A program made the position numbers and the translations under genes. A stretch of DNA of 63,663 nt, the filler included, from Octopus bimaculoides (lineage: Eukaryota), in NCBI RefSeq assembly GCF_001194135.2. It is 9 parts of 7 records of this genome, joined end to end, with 100 filler letters (N's around TTAATTAATTAA, not from the genome) between each part and the next. Parts side by side here need not be neighbours in the genome. Positions count along the whole stretch, not along the records: positions 1 to 19,780 come from NC_068983.1; 8 more parts are not named here. One strand, 5' to 3'. Below the pieces are notes generated by a model. The model searched no databases, was not told where the DNA came from, and worked only from the letters and a program-made list of their open reading frames with translations. Positions 1 through 14,055 of this stretch are shown here, one piece after another (positions within the stretch are counted from its first letter, which is position 1; every line of letters begins with the position of its first letter).

Positions 1-30
1 ATTATTATTATTATTATTATTATTATTATT

Positions 31-493
31 GAGTGAGAGAGCAGTGCATGCCATCAAAATGACACTGGGGTAAAATATACGAAGCCCAGTATACCCATCA
101 TAACTACCCATCTGATAAGGGTACACCAGGCAAATGCATCACAACCATATGTGCGCGACATGGTGATTTCATATGAAGACAAACAGCGCATGACCTCACA
201 GGTGGGGCCCAGTTAGAATTTTCTTCAGGGCGAGTAGCCCATCCTGCTGAAAAGGTCCTTGAATAAGGTTTGTTTAAGGATGTTGAGCAAAACACCCGTT
301 TCCAAAGGTGAATAATTCAAACCCCAAAGAATTTCCCTCAACACATGGCTATAATGCTCCTCACTACTACTGTTCGTGATCAGAGATGCACATATCATCA
401 GCCACTAAAAGACATACTCAACTGGTTAAGGTCAAACAACTGACAAGCGAATCTGTGGTATTAAGCAGAATATTTGCTGTAGCCCATATTTTA
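31..493 (-). mobile_element. 3' end of an abundant non-LTR-type repeat with an (AAT)n tail
   Basis: Directly abuts the (ATT)n tract at 1-29. I recognise it as a common Octopus interspersed repeat; family not assigned. Confidence 0.55.
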
Positions 494-3233
494 TGAGTAT
501 ATAGCTTGTTTTGATTATCTGCACTTGTAGTAATTAGTTAAATTCTGCACCTATAACTATAGGGATACATTCTACTCGCACTTTCCATGACCTCTGTAAG
601 TCAATGATTCGGGATGCCTGCCGAAGATTTTCATTGCTCCGTAAGTTTTAGCACAAATTGTTCATTTCCCTCTTCAGATTTTATTGTCGTGCATTTTTGT
701 TATCACTTTTGCTGTAGAAACAGTCTCTACAGCAAGGGATAGTTTGGCCCCGCGTTTTGACCTGTAAGATATTGGAGTATTGTGTGGGAGGTGTATATCT
801 TCATCCCAAGGTATATGGCCCAGCGAGTGAATCGGTGAGGGTGATGGACATGTCGATAGAATTAGTAGTTAGTTGTAGATGTTTTGTGTTGTTAAGAAGA
901 AGTAGACATATTAATCCTTCCTGGAACTGAGAAAACTATGTAAGAATACTGGTTCCGGATAGCTATCGAATCCTCGATAAAAACTGAATCAGAACTTCTG
1001 GAAAGTATTCCTGATTTGATTTAGCTACAAAATCACGCAGTTATTTGTGTTAATGGAAGGGCAAACGTCTAAGTGCCAATCTGCACAGAAGAGTGGTTAA
1101 ATCAGGAAAGATATGGTCTGCAACCAATCACATAACTCCAGCAGCAAAAACTACGAAAGCGAAAGGAAGGAGTAACCGAAATATGACAATACCACTGTCA
1201 CCATCACCAATATTTCCAGCAAAGATCGTGAGACGGTTGCAGGTGATGGAACCTTTGCGATTACAACTAGTGGCCTTTTTATTCACACTACCATTTATCT
1301 GTCGAGTAACATCAATTCTGCTGCCACGAAAGAGGAACACTTTACCCACTTCACCTACAACGAAAATTACAGCCGCCAGCAACATAAATTAGTAGAGGGA
1401 ACTACCCTTCAAACAACATAAACATTTTCATATACATTCTTCTACCTTTCTTCTGACTCTTCTCTCTCCGGCTCTGTCAAACAATAACAACGAGAATAAT
1501 GGAGTATAGCAATACCTCATGAAGGTGGAAATGGAATAAGAAGCAACAAGCGCGAAAACATGAGTGGCGATGTGCGTCGATACATCAAACCCCTACATAA
1601 CAGTAATTGACAAAAAGAACAGTAAAACCTGAAAAGTACACAATAATGATAATTATAATAATAAATTCTCAAGCACTAAAAGAGCCGCAGCAAAATGAAA
1701 ACAAAGAAAGACATACTGTAAAACCTCAGCTACAATGAAAATATCAATAAAAGTAAAAGTGAGGAACATAGGCATCCCAAGAATCATAGCAAAAACTAAG
1801 ACGTAATAAATAATATCAAATCCGCAACCAAAACAACAGCATGCAACAATATAAATTGAAAGAAAAAGAAAAACTCAAACAAGAACAAGAATAAATAGCA
1901 GTGTACACAGAGAGAAAATTTTTAACCGCAACTCTGCAAGACAGAAGAAAGCTGAGGTGCTGTGGGACGTGGGAAAAACCCAACTATAACATACAAAGGA
2001 AAGTAGTGGAACGTCTTCGAAAAGTCAGTCTCGATAATTATCTTTAAAACGCAACAACCGACATCTCCTGGCAAGAGCAGCGTCGGATATCTAAAACCAT
2101 TCACCAAACTCGTTCGCAAGTAGGCTATGGAAACTTCCAGAAAGTATGTTAATGCATATTTTCGTATGCCTATAAGTACCTATGAGGGGTTCCTTTGAGA
2201 TTTATTTAAGTTCTACTAAATGAAGTTTAAGCTGTTTTGTTAACAATATGACAAGACTTTTTGAGTTAAGTTAGTTTCCGGGTCTTGGAAAAAACAAATG
2301 TTTGATTTAGTGTGTGCTTATATGTACCTGCACTTACGTACTATGTACTAGTCTCTTTAGTAGGCATTTGTGCGTGCGCGCATGCGCATAATTACTTTTA
2401 ATTTATGTGTGCATATACTCATTGAAAGAATCTTAAAAGGAAGATTCCTTGGAACGTCATACAAATTTTTATTGTGTCACTAATATGAATATAGATTCCT
2501 TGGGTCTTTCTAAGAAAACCTTAGCATTTCTGTTTTTTTTTGTACAAATTTGCAGTTAAATAACCATATACCCCTATATTGATAGATGCAAATAAAAGTC
2601 AGTAACCAGGTACAAGAGCTGTGGGTTCAGCATTGGTTAACCAAAAATGTTCCTGAAATGTTCATGGTACGTTCAGAATTGGGTAGTTGACCACTATAAC
2701 GATGCGCAACTTTTGTTCTCTGTCCCACAGAACAATTACCAGGTCTACTTTTATTGAAATATTCCACTAATATTCTTTGTTTCTAAAGGTTTACACACAT
2801 TCTAGTGTTAACATGTTTTTGATGCATCCCCAAGGGCAGTGTATTCTGCGGCTAGAATTGTAAGTAGATTTTGCCAATATATTATGCTTCAAGGGTAGGT
2901 AAATGGATGTATGTACGCGCGTATACACACACACATACACACATTCACTAACGTATTTACTGAATGGAAAATTAAGTTTTACTCCACTGCTTTTCCAAAT
3001 TGAACGATTGACTTTTTCATCAACACTATACCTTATTGCTAAATACGGAAATCGGAGTAGCGATAAAACGACGCTTCGACTTGCAGTTAATGGATAAATT
3101 TAATTCTATCTGTATTAAGCACGCTCAACACACGCCTAGACACAAATACACACACATACACACACACCTATACCCAGAGAGATAGACTGATCGGAAGATA
3201 GACAGATCGGAAGATAGACTGATCGGAAGATAG

Positions 3234-3266
<33 letters not shown>

Positions 3267-4070
3267 TATAAGCATAAATATTTGCGCATCTGTAAATATA
3301 CATTTGCATGTGTCTGCGTGTGTGTACATATATGTATGTATGAATGTATGTATGTATGTATGTATGTAAACCTGTTCATTCAGACATTTTGCAACACACA
3401 ACACACATATTTATGCATAGCATCTATACAGCATATGGTTTATTTATACGTACAATAAAACTATTAGAAAAAATAACCTTCAGATACATATACATACTCA
3501 CACATATACAGCCTCACTGCACTCATGACTATACATATTCACACACATATTCATTTAGTCAGAGATGGAAATGTAAACTAAAACAAGAAATACTAAGAGA
3601 TAGCCTCCCCAAGAATCCACTCAGTATAATATGATTAACTTTGAATGCAACATTCCTATATTAAATGGAAGTAATAAGCTCACCATACATTATAACTGGC
3701 ACTGATGATAATAAAAATAGGACGTTATCAAACATTGCATCGTAATTTTCAAAGAGTGAGCTGGTAGCGCAACTTAGGTTTCTGACTGATTGTTTTCGTG
3801 TGGTCATTGATTTTTGGTTCTAAACAAAAACACTTTCCTAATAACTATTTATCTCTCTCCCTCTCTATTTCCTCTCTCTCTCTCTCTCTCTCTTTCTCTC
3901 TTTCTCTCTTATTGTTGCCACACTTTAGATCTAATTACTCTTAAAGGTTTCTCGTTCAAAGAATCCGATATGTTTTTATGTAATTTCATCTAAAATGTTT
4001 AGCCACAGAGCAGGAAATGAGAATTTGTTTTTTCCTCATATATTGTAATCATGACAATATAAAAAAGGTG

Positions 4071-4193
<123 letters not shown>

Positions 4194-5127
4194 ACATACA
4201 CATGTAACTTCATTTATATATATCTATATATATATATATATATATATACGTTTTGCTTTAGTATTATTGTTATTTTATTTCTTTTGATATGTTTATTAAT
4301 ATATATACAATATTGTACTGCAGTTCATAATGGGGTTGGAGTAATTGGTAGTTGATAGCTGTTGTTTAATATGATCGTTATAAATAACTGGAAGGAGAGC
4401 AAAGAAATCAGTTTGGTCATTATTAAGGAGTGTTGCGGATTACATAAACGGCAGAACAATGAACAAAATACCTTATATTATTTAGTAACGTCCCTCTTTT
4501 CATGAACTGATGTGGGTGATGTTTGACTTTCACCTTTTCAGAGCTGATAAAATAATTGCTTAAGTACTGGCGTCGATATTATCTACTACCGCATTACCTC
4601 ATATCTGTAACCTTGTGCCTGCCTGAGAAATCATTAGTACTGAATGGGTAGGTACATATCAATTGAGGGCAGATTGATAGAGCTTTAGGCAGAATGTTTT
4701 CTGTGGTATCATTGCATACAATTCTAATTTCAGTTGAAATAAAATAGCTTTTCTGTCCTGTACACTTAGTGTGCTGCAACTAATATGATCCACAAATTCC
4801 AGAGCCATTTGAACGTCAGAAAAATTTCTCTGTGGTACTTCTTCCGGCCATTTACGTTTTGAGCTCAAATCTGAGGTCAACATCGCTTCTCAATCCCTCG
4901 GGATTGATAAGGTAAACTACCGCCAGTCAAGTAATGCACTTGATGGGCTAAAAATTTCATAACACTTTCATCTCATATTTTCTGGCTTTGTGCCAAAATT
5001 TGAATACGTTCTAAATTCAAATTCCGCCAAGGCCGTTTTTGCCTTTCATTCTTTAGGAGTCGATAAAAATAAAGTATCAGTTGAACACTCGAAATTTCTT
5101 GCTTTGTGACTATAGAAAAAACAGTTA

Positions 5128-5196
<69 letters not shown>

Positions 5197-5217
5197 CGTC
5201 ATTACTATATCATCATT

Positions 5218-5625
5218 ATTAGCACGCCGAGCAAAATGCTTAGCGGTATTTCGTCTGTCTTCGCGTTCTCAGTTCAAATTCCGCCGAGGTCGACTTTGCC
5301 TTTCATCCTGTCGATGTCGAGGTCGATGAAATAAGCATTAGTCGCGTACTGCGGTCGATGTAATCGACTATTTCCCTCCCCAATTTCAGGCCCTGTGTCT
5401 ATAGTAGAAAGGATTATTATTATAATTATTATCAAGCTTGCAGGATCGTAGCATTCCGTTCGTCTACGTTCTGAGTTCAAATTCCACTGAGGTCGACTTC
5501 GCCTTTCATACTTTCCTGGTCGTTGAAATAATTACTAGCTAAGCACTGGTGTTGATGTAATCAACTTATCTTTTCCACGAAACTTCAGGTGTCGTGCCGA
5601 TAATAGAAAGGATTATTATTATAAT
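5218..5625 (+). mobile_element. Two tandem copies of tRNA-derived SINE family A
   Basis: B-box (C/G)AGTTCAAATTCC, central GAGGTCGACTT(T/C)GCCTTTCAT, 3' TAGTAGAAAGGATTATT-type tail; copies about 5218-5420 and 5434-5625. Confidence 0.85.
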
Positions 5626-6159
5626 TATCATTGCTTTGTCTGAAATGTTGCTATTCTCATATATAGTTACGTGTTGACCTCAAATTTTCCTCTCGATATG
5701 ATAAAGACACTCAGATATTAGCTAAAAAGAATCAACTATTCACTCCTCCTTGTCTATCTTTTAGCCTCAGAATAATTATTTTACGATTATTCATATAAGA
5801 TAAACAGACGTAGAATAAATTGATATTTGAACATATATCATCCACTTAGCAGCTTATATACAAACACGGTTTCCGTAAAGCCTTTTGACTCGCTTATTAT
5901 TGTCACAGGTCGACACAGTGACCCCTCTTATATTCAATGATATGAATTTGATAAAAGCTGTAATTGGCAAATACTTATCAATGCAAAGTAAACTATTTCA
6001 AAATGCTTTTCAACTTACCAGTTTCTAGTTTTCGACCGATAATAAACAATGGAATTTCTAACACCACATATTCATAATCTTTCAAAGATCGGCAAGAAAA
6101 ACTCAGAGTAACCAAATATGAAGATTCAGCTTTCAATAGGGAGAATTTACGAAAAAAAA

Positions 6160-6330
6160 AAAAAACAACAGATGAAGACAGGTGGTGTAAAAAACAAATG
6201 GATGTATTAGTTTAACGCTCGGGAATAGAGAAGGTCGTTGACGTTTCGAGCTACGCTCTTCAACTGAAAGGAACACAGAAATAAATAAGGAGAGAAACAA
6301 GGAGAGAAAAAAAATATCCATATATATATA
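6160..6330 (-). repeat. Second copy of the pLTR-like repeat (hammerhead-like motif degenerate, 6234-6271)
   Basis: Minus strand shares GTTGAAGAGCGTAGCTCGAAACGTCAA, ATTCCCGAGCGT and TTTACACCACCTGTC with 13019-13216. Confidence 0.6.
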
Positions 6331-6338
6331 TATTTCTT

Positions 6339-6373
<35 letters not shown>

Positions 6374-6978
6374 CGCATTCACATCTACGTAAATATGTGT
6401 GCGCACGCGCGTATGTTTATGTGACAGAGAGAGAGAGGGGGGAGAGTGTGTGAAAATATATCTTTCTTTGAACAAAATGAACACTATACAGTTTGTTGCA
6501 ATAGAAATATCAGTTGTGTAGTGTTTAAACGACGTTTTAAGATAACAATAGCAGACGATACCAGCAAGAACGTCTAAAATATTAAACCGAATGAAAGACC
6601 TCAGTTCTTCGATATATCAGTACGGTAAAGATGTTTCTGTACAGACTTTATACCAATTGCAAGTATTTATTGAACATTAAGTTGGTATTATCTGAAGATT
6701 AAGTAGATTAAGTAGAGCGTTGTAGCGTGATACTCGTCATGAAATATAATATTTTCTTAATGTCCTTTGGGAAATTTTCCTAAAGGATTCTGTCATGTCC
6801 TTTTATAGAAAGGAATAAGACGCATCTACGTTTCGCGTGTAATATCAATATATTGCATAGATTAACTTTGAACCTTATAACTATCGCATGGCAAATGTTT
6901 AAAGGGTTTATCTAGGGATACAAACAGTGAACTCTAAATTGGGATTTCAGCAAAGCAAGCAAAGATATTGATCAATCT

Positions 6979-7021
<43 letters not shown>

Positions 7022-7916
7022 TACATATACATATAGGAAATATTTTTGCTTCTTTTTACTTTTTTCTACTTTGGTTTGCATCCAACCAATGCCATCGATC
7101 AATATAATCAATATCATTGATTGTTAAGTGTACTTATTTGAAATGAGGGAAAGTGAATGTCTTTGTACCCAGAGAAATTGACGTCTTCCCACTAGGTACT
7201 AATATCCTATATAATTTAAGGGCCGGGAGACTGCTTTTATGAAGGCAATACATTTTTCAGGCGCATTAGGAATGTAGCTCAAATGAAATACTATTAACCG
7301 GCTATTGAAAACTGCCTTCAAAATACATTTTCTTTTGTTTACATCATTCATTCATATCTATTAATATCAAAATATTTAAGCTTAACTTAGAACACTTATA
7401 TCATACATCACATAAAATGTAAAGCTGGGTGTTAGTAGGAAAAGCGTATATCTGCTGGAGGGGAAGACCCGTTAGAGTGTTCCTTATATTTATATTATTG
7501 TATTTTCCATAGGAGGAAGAATTTACGATCGGTAGATTAAATGGCTGACAATTCATTTCGCACTGATGTCAAATTTTTCTTTCTTTTCTTCCTCTGGGAT
7601 CGATAAAAATAACTATCGCGCATGTGCAGAAATCTTTTTAATCGACTGAACTTCTTTATAGCTATCTGACTATGATGATGGAATTCATCTCTAAGAAGAG
7701 TCACACGAGATATAAACGATCAAAATACATTATGATAGTTATGATTCCCCGAAATGCGTCACCCTTGTGCACTATTTCCAATATTTCGATAATTTAGAAA
7801 TCGTTTTTCCCATTAACTTATTCTTTTTTTTTTATTTTGTTTATTATAAATATATAAAGCTCAAATTTATACTGCCATTAAAACGCGTGGTATTCTTCTC
7901 CACCATCATCACCACC

Positions 7917-7993
7917 TCTTCTTCTTCTTCTTCTTCTTCTTCTTCTTCTTCTTCTTCTTCTTCTTCTTCTTCTTCTTCTTCTTCTTCTTCTTC
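7917..7993. repeat. (TTC)n microsatellite
   Basis: Perfect TTC run; source of the poly-Ser pseudo-ORF. Confidence 0.97.
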
Positions 7994-8407
7994 TCGTTCT
8001 TCTCATTTGAATTATTACTTAACACAATATCAATGGCCTTACGGAAATACTATAGACTGGACTTCATATATCTTAGGTATTTTAGCTGCTATGTTCGAAT
8101 GCTTTGAAATGAATTTGCTTTCATGTCTTCGATGTAGATAAAATTAAGTAACCAGCAAATATGACAATTCTACGGTAATGTAAAGATATATCCTAAGTCC
8201 TCTTCGTTGTCATCATCATCATCATCATCGTCATCATCATCATCATTATACATTCATTCATTCATTTACTGCTAATCCTCCACCTCATCATATTCTTCAC
8301 CTATTTCCCATTCTCCTAACTTACCCTCGTCAACATCTCCGCCACAATCCGCACTAACGCTACTACTGTCACTATCACCACTTCTTTCTCCCCCTTTTTC
8401 TCTTCTT

Positions 8408-8408
8408 T

Positions 8409-8481
<73 letters not shown>
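8408..8481. repeat. (CAT)n microsatellite
   Basis: Perfect ATC/CAT run. Confidence 0.97.
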
Positions 8482-9231
8482 CCGTCATCATGAACATTTA
8501 ATGTGTTGGTTATTGAACTTCACCTCAATATATTAAATATTAATGATATCAGATGTTAATTGTGTAATGATCTAATCTTTACAATAGCCGTACGCTACAC
8601 ATAGTGCATATTTACAGCTAGTTGGACTCGGGTCTTGAAAGTCAAAACCCATTCTTGATTAATACCACGCTCCATTGGTGGCTTGAAATTATATATATAA
8701 TTATATATACTCTTCTTATTGTTTGGCCCCCATTTATCTATTCTTGTTTCTGGCAGTGTATATATAAAAAAAACTACTTTATTCAAAGAGTAGAGTTTCT
8801 TGTCAATAGGTCAACATGTCATTTCAAGGAATGTGGCTGTCATTTCTAGTACGATTATTGAGCTCCCTTTTAGGAGTGTCCAATTTATAACAGTGCTTTT
8901 TTATTTTTGTCCCCATCTCAAAAATCATCCTGCGGATCTATGATCCAATTTATTTGCTATATATAACTTATATATATATATAGCTTTATTTGCTATTTAT
9001 TTGCTATATATAACTTATATTGCCCAACATTTAATTTTTAAGACACACGGTGTGATCTAAAGGAAATGTGTCGGCTACTTCAAACAATACAATGGACAAT
9101 GCTGAAAATCCTTGATGTTCTCAAAATAGTGGCAAGTTGTTTCTGATGGTAATCACTGAATAGCTAGCTGAATAGCCATTGGCATCTTTTCTTTCAGCTG
9201 ATAATTGACAGTGAAAAGAAAACGAAAAAAA

Positions 9232-9307
<76 letters not shown>

Positions 9308-10281
9308 NNNNNNNNNNNNNNNNNNNNNNNNNNNNNNNNNNNNNNNNNNNNNNNNNNNNNNNNNNNNNNNNNNNNNNNNNNNNNNNNNNNNNNNNNNNNN
9401 NNNNNNNNNNNNNNNNNNNNNNNNNNNNNNNNNNNNNNNNNNNNNNNNNNNNNNNNNNNNNNNNNNNNNNNNNNNNNNNNNNNNNNNNNNNNNNNNNNNN
9501 NNNNNNNNNNNNNNNNNNNNNNNNNNNNNNNNNNNNNNNNNNNNNNNNNNNNNNNNNNNNNNNNNNNNNNNNNNNNNNNNNNNNNNNNNNNNNNNNNNNN
9601 NNNNNNNNNNNNNNNNNNNNNNNNNNNNNNNNNNNNNNNNNNNNNNNNNNNNNNNNNNNNNNNNNNNNNNNNNNNNNNNNNNNNNNNNNNNNNNNNNNNN
9701 NNNNNNNNNNNNNNNNNNNNNNNNNNNNNNNNNNATATATATATATATATATATACGTACGCCGCTATATGTATATATAAATCCAAAGAATGGAATAAGA
9801 ACGTAATGGACGACAATAAAAACATACGGATAGATAGACGATACGAAGACGGACAGGAAAAAACAAGGACGGATCATTCGCGGCCTTCTATTCAATCAAT
9901 TTTCCAAATTATCATTACAGTTTCAGCCTGTAAGACTTGAGATTGTCCAAAATCGGTTGGCTCCGGAGAGTTTGAATACAGCAAAATCAGTTCATTTACA
10001 TAACCGTCGATTACGTAATGCCTACGATCGTTTCAATAATACCTTCATTTAGTTTACAATTAACAATTTGCGTTATGAATTCAGAAGGCAGAAGTCTCTT
10101 CAGGGCCATAATCGGAATATTTATTTTTACATCCTAATAGATTGAGTGTTAGTTAATGACTAAGATAGCGGCATGCGCATTTTTNNNNNNNNNNNNNNNN
10201 NNNNNNNNNNNNNNNNNNNNNNNNNNNNNNNNNNNNNNNNNNNNNNNNNNNNNNNNNNNNNNNNNNNNNNNNNNNNNNNNN

Positions 10282-10349
<68 letters not shown>

Positions 10350-10834
10350 TGTGTGTGGAGTTCTGCTCTAGAATTAGCCCAAATTTTAAGCAGGACAGTG
10401 GCTAGCTGGTGTCTTGGGGAATTTAGGTCAAATACTACCATACCCTAAAGTAATTTAGAGTCGAGATGTTGTGTTATTCTCTACCTACTTGCCGAAGAAA
10501 AAAACTATATAATATACATATCTATATATTTATTTATTTTTATTATCCAAATCTAATTATTTTATTTCAATTTATATTTATAATTACGTTTAGAGAATTT
10601 TCATTTAATTTCATAATTTAATATCTTTTATTTTCTAGGTTTATTAGTTTTCTTAGTTTTGGGTTAATATATGTTTTCTTACTAATTGTATCTATTTCAA
10701 TAGGGGTTTGATTTTTTATGCATCACGTGTACAGGGCTAGATTTTAACAAATGGTTTTTCCATTGGTGAGTATACGTATCACTATAAGATTTGTTCCTAC
10801 GCATCTTTTATCTGTCATCTTTTAGTGATTTCAG

Positions 10835-12636
10835 CCCAAGGCTGAGGTCATGCTAGTACACCACCTGTAGTTACTCGTTGTTGTTTCCGTTTTTGTTTTT
10901 GGTGAAGCAGCGAATTGGACGGAGCCGCTCTTCTTTGCGTCTCCTGCCGCGATGTGGGTTCATCTGCTATCTCAGATAGAAACCTGCCCAGAGGTTCCTT
11001 GAAAACATCCACATCAACATTGTAGATAGGGAAGACGGGATCTTTGGTATGACAGTATAGCTATCACTTCCAAAATTGAGAGCTAAACCCTCCAAGATCT
11101 TTCACATATATATCACCGCATATATCTCACGTCTTCTCTCTAGGGAATAGAGATTGAGCTCCTTTAGCCTCTCTCAGTAGCCCATCTTTTGCATCGAATC
11201 AACCTTCTTTGTGCATAGGCGCTGGATTGCTTCGAGTTCCACAGTTTGTTTCACACTCTGTGGGGACCATAGTTGGGAGCAGTAGTCCAGACGGCTGAGA
11301 ATGAATGTCTTCCATAGGAGTAGCAGGGCCTCCCTTTTCCTGTTTCTGAATGTCCTCTGAATCCGTCCAGCCACTCGCCTGTACAGTGTTGCCATCTTGG
11401 CAATATGCACATGGAATGTTGCATCATTGCTCATGTGAATCTCTAGATCATGCACCGAGTCTGGGATCATATTACCTTCTGGTCCAGTGAATTCCGATTT
11501 TAGCCTGGGGTTGGACCGATAGTGGAGTGCCTGAAATTTCATAGCATTGAACAGCATGTTATTTTTGTTAACCTATTTGTAAATTTCATGCAGGTCTTTC
11601 TGCAGTTTTATGATGTCCTCTGGGTTCTTAACTACCTGCCATACTTTTGTGTCGTCAACATAATTGGTCAGACTGGCTGACTGTACCGCGGATGGCATGT
11701 CTGAGAGGGCCACCACAAATAGTAGTGGCCTCAGTACAGTTCTCCGTGGGACTCCGCTGAGAAAGGTGTTTCTTCAGAGTGAGCGCCATTGGCTACAACT
11801 GTATCACTCCTGCCCTTTACAAAACCATGTACCCACTCTCCCAGTTTCCCGTAATACCAAGGTTTCGCAACTCCTGACACATCATGCAATGATCAACCTT
11901 GTCGAAGGCCTTGGCAAAGTAGAAGTATATCACGTCTATAGCTGACTGGTTTAGCTGTTGCTTCTGTACCTAGTCAAAGTGCTGCAGCAAATGTGTGAGG
12001 CAGCTCCTCCCTGGACGGAAGCCACGTTGCGTGTTTGTGAGAAGGGTGTTTTCTTCTAGGAACGTGATGAGCCTTTTTATGACAATGCGTTCCATTCTCT
12101 TGCTTACATGTGAGGTCAGAGAGATGGGCTTGTAGTTTTTAGCATCTTCTCTGCTCTGTCCCTTATGGACAGGACATATTATAGTCTCTTTTATCATGTT
12201 GGGAAGTTTACCACATGCAAGGAAACTCTGGCAAAAGATCTGCAGTGGCTTTGCAAGAGCCATTTTACATGTCTTTAAGAGAACAGCCGGGAGTCCATCT
12301 GGGCCTATTGCTGAGTTTGATCTCATCTCATCAATGGTCTATATTAGCTCCTCTTCTGTTATATTGATGTAATCGATGGTTGCCTCTTTTCCGAATGGAT
12401 TCGTTACATTGAAAATCTCCTTCGGCTTGCTTATTTGCATACTTTATACTGGAGAAGTGAAAACACATCGGAATTGTTTATTTGGTGCTTCACTTAACTT
12501 CGCCGGGTCTGCAGTTAGTGAGCCGGTTTTACCAAATAGCGGCCCTGTCACATAGCGTACTGAGGCAGACTCCTTTGCCAACGTGTGGAAGGATTTCGGA
12601 TTTATTATGTTTTCGACTGCCTCTGTCTGTCTACTA
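10835..12636 (-). mobile_element. Decayed CR1/Jockey-group LINE, reverse transcriptase and C-terminus of ORF2
   Basis: Minus-strand RT motifs GPDGLPAVLLK, NYKPISLTSHVSK, QRGFRPGRSC, SGVPRRTVLRPLLF, YVDDTK (YVDD at 11651-11662) and ILSRLDYCSQLWSP. Stops and frameshifts present; 5' end runs into a (GATA)n tract. Confidence 0.92.
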
Positions 12637-12652
12637 GCAGAAAGAAGACAGA

Positions 12653-13018
<366 letters not shown>

Positions 13019-13216
13019 TTTACCTTTGACTGAACACTATTCAATTTTTTTTCTCCGTGTTTTTCTCCTTGTCTCCGTATTCTTTCTGTTGAAGAGCGTA
13101 GCTCGAAACGTCAAAGACTTTCCGTATTCCCGAGCGTCATACTAATATATACTTTTGTTATTTACACCACCTGTCCTCGTCTGTTGTTATTTTTTGTATA
13201 TTCTCCCATATATATA
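13019..13216 (+). repeat. Penelope pLTR-like repeat with a minimal hammerhead-like motif at 13081-13117
   Basis: TCTTT-CTGTTGA-A-GAGC-GTA-GCTC-GAAAC-GTC-AAAGA; a homologous copy lies on the minus strand at 6160-6330. Confidence 0.6.
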
Positions 13217-13591
13217 AGTATACATACATGTGTACACGCACACACATGCACTGGCACACACATCAATTATTTAGGAAAAGAGTGATATTTTACTTCGCTT
13301 TTTAGCATTCATAATTGAGGCCGTAATTGAAGACAAGGTGTATCCATACATAAGTTAGTTTTAAAGTAATTTATAATTCATAAACTTTGAAATAACTGGG
13401 GGGGGGGGGATTACAACAAATTATAGCTGATTATTTTGTCAACATTAAGTCTATATGATAATGTCATAAACGATGCCGGTAACTGTCTGTCTGTCAGGGC
13501 AGTAAACAGTCATTAGCATGATTAAAATTGTCTCTTTATTGCCGTGTGCTATTTTAATCATAACCTAGAGCTGTTATGAGAGATTTCGATC

Positions 13592-13656
<65 letters not shown>

Positions 13657-13936
13657 TATAAATAATTCTTGTAATTTTTATTTATCTATTAGCATTATTA
13701 TTAGTGTTACTATTTGTGTTGTAGTTGGTTGAGTTAGTTGATCATATTTCGTCTAAATCCGCCCATGTATTGTAATTTTTGTATCTGAAGTTACATGAAA
13801 AACGGGTTTAAATCGGAACACCTAAATAAAGGCATAGATATTTTAATTTTCGCCTCCTTTTAAGGAAATATTTTCTTTTCTAATACTCCTCTCCAAACAA
13901 AATAGGTACACCATTTATATATCCTACGAATAAAAT

Positions 13937-14055
13937 CAATTCTAAGAAAATCGCACAAAAACACACACGTTTCTATAATAAACAAAAGTAAATACAATTC
14001 TAAGAAAATCGCACACAAACACACACGTTTCTATAATAAACAAAAGTAAATACAA
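13937..14055. repeat. 58-bp tandem duplication
   Basis: CAATTCTAAGAAAATCGCACA(A/C)AAACACACACGTTTCTATAATAAACAAAAGTAAATA twice, one mismatch. Confidence 0.93.

Noticed and set aside
1380-1920. Hydrophobic minus-strand frame with TGA codons suggesting a mitochondrial insertion or membrane protein
   Set aside because: It also contains TAA and TAG stops, matches no mitochondrial protein I recognise, and hydrophobicity follows from T-richness.
3181-3234. 16-bp unit GATAGAC(T/A)GATCGGAA repeated about three times, and CRISPR-like arrays in general
   Set aside because: No unique spacers; a GATA-derived minisatellite in eukaryotic DNA.
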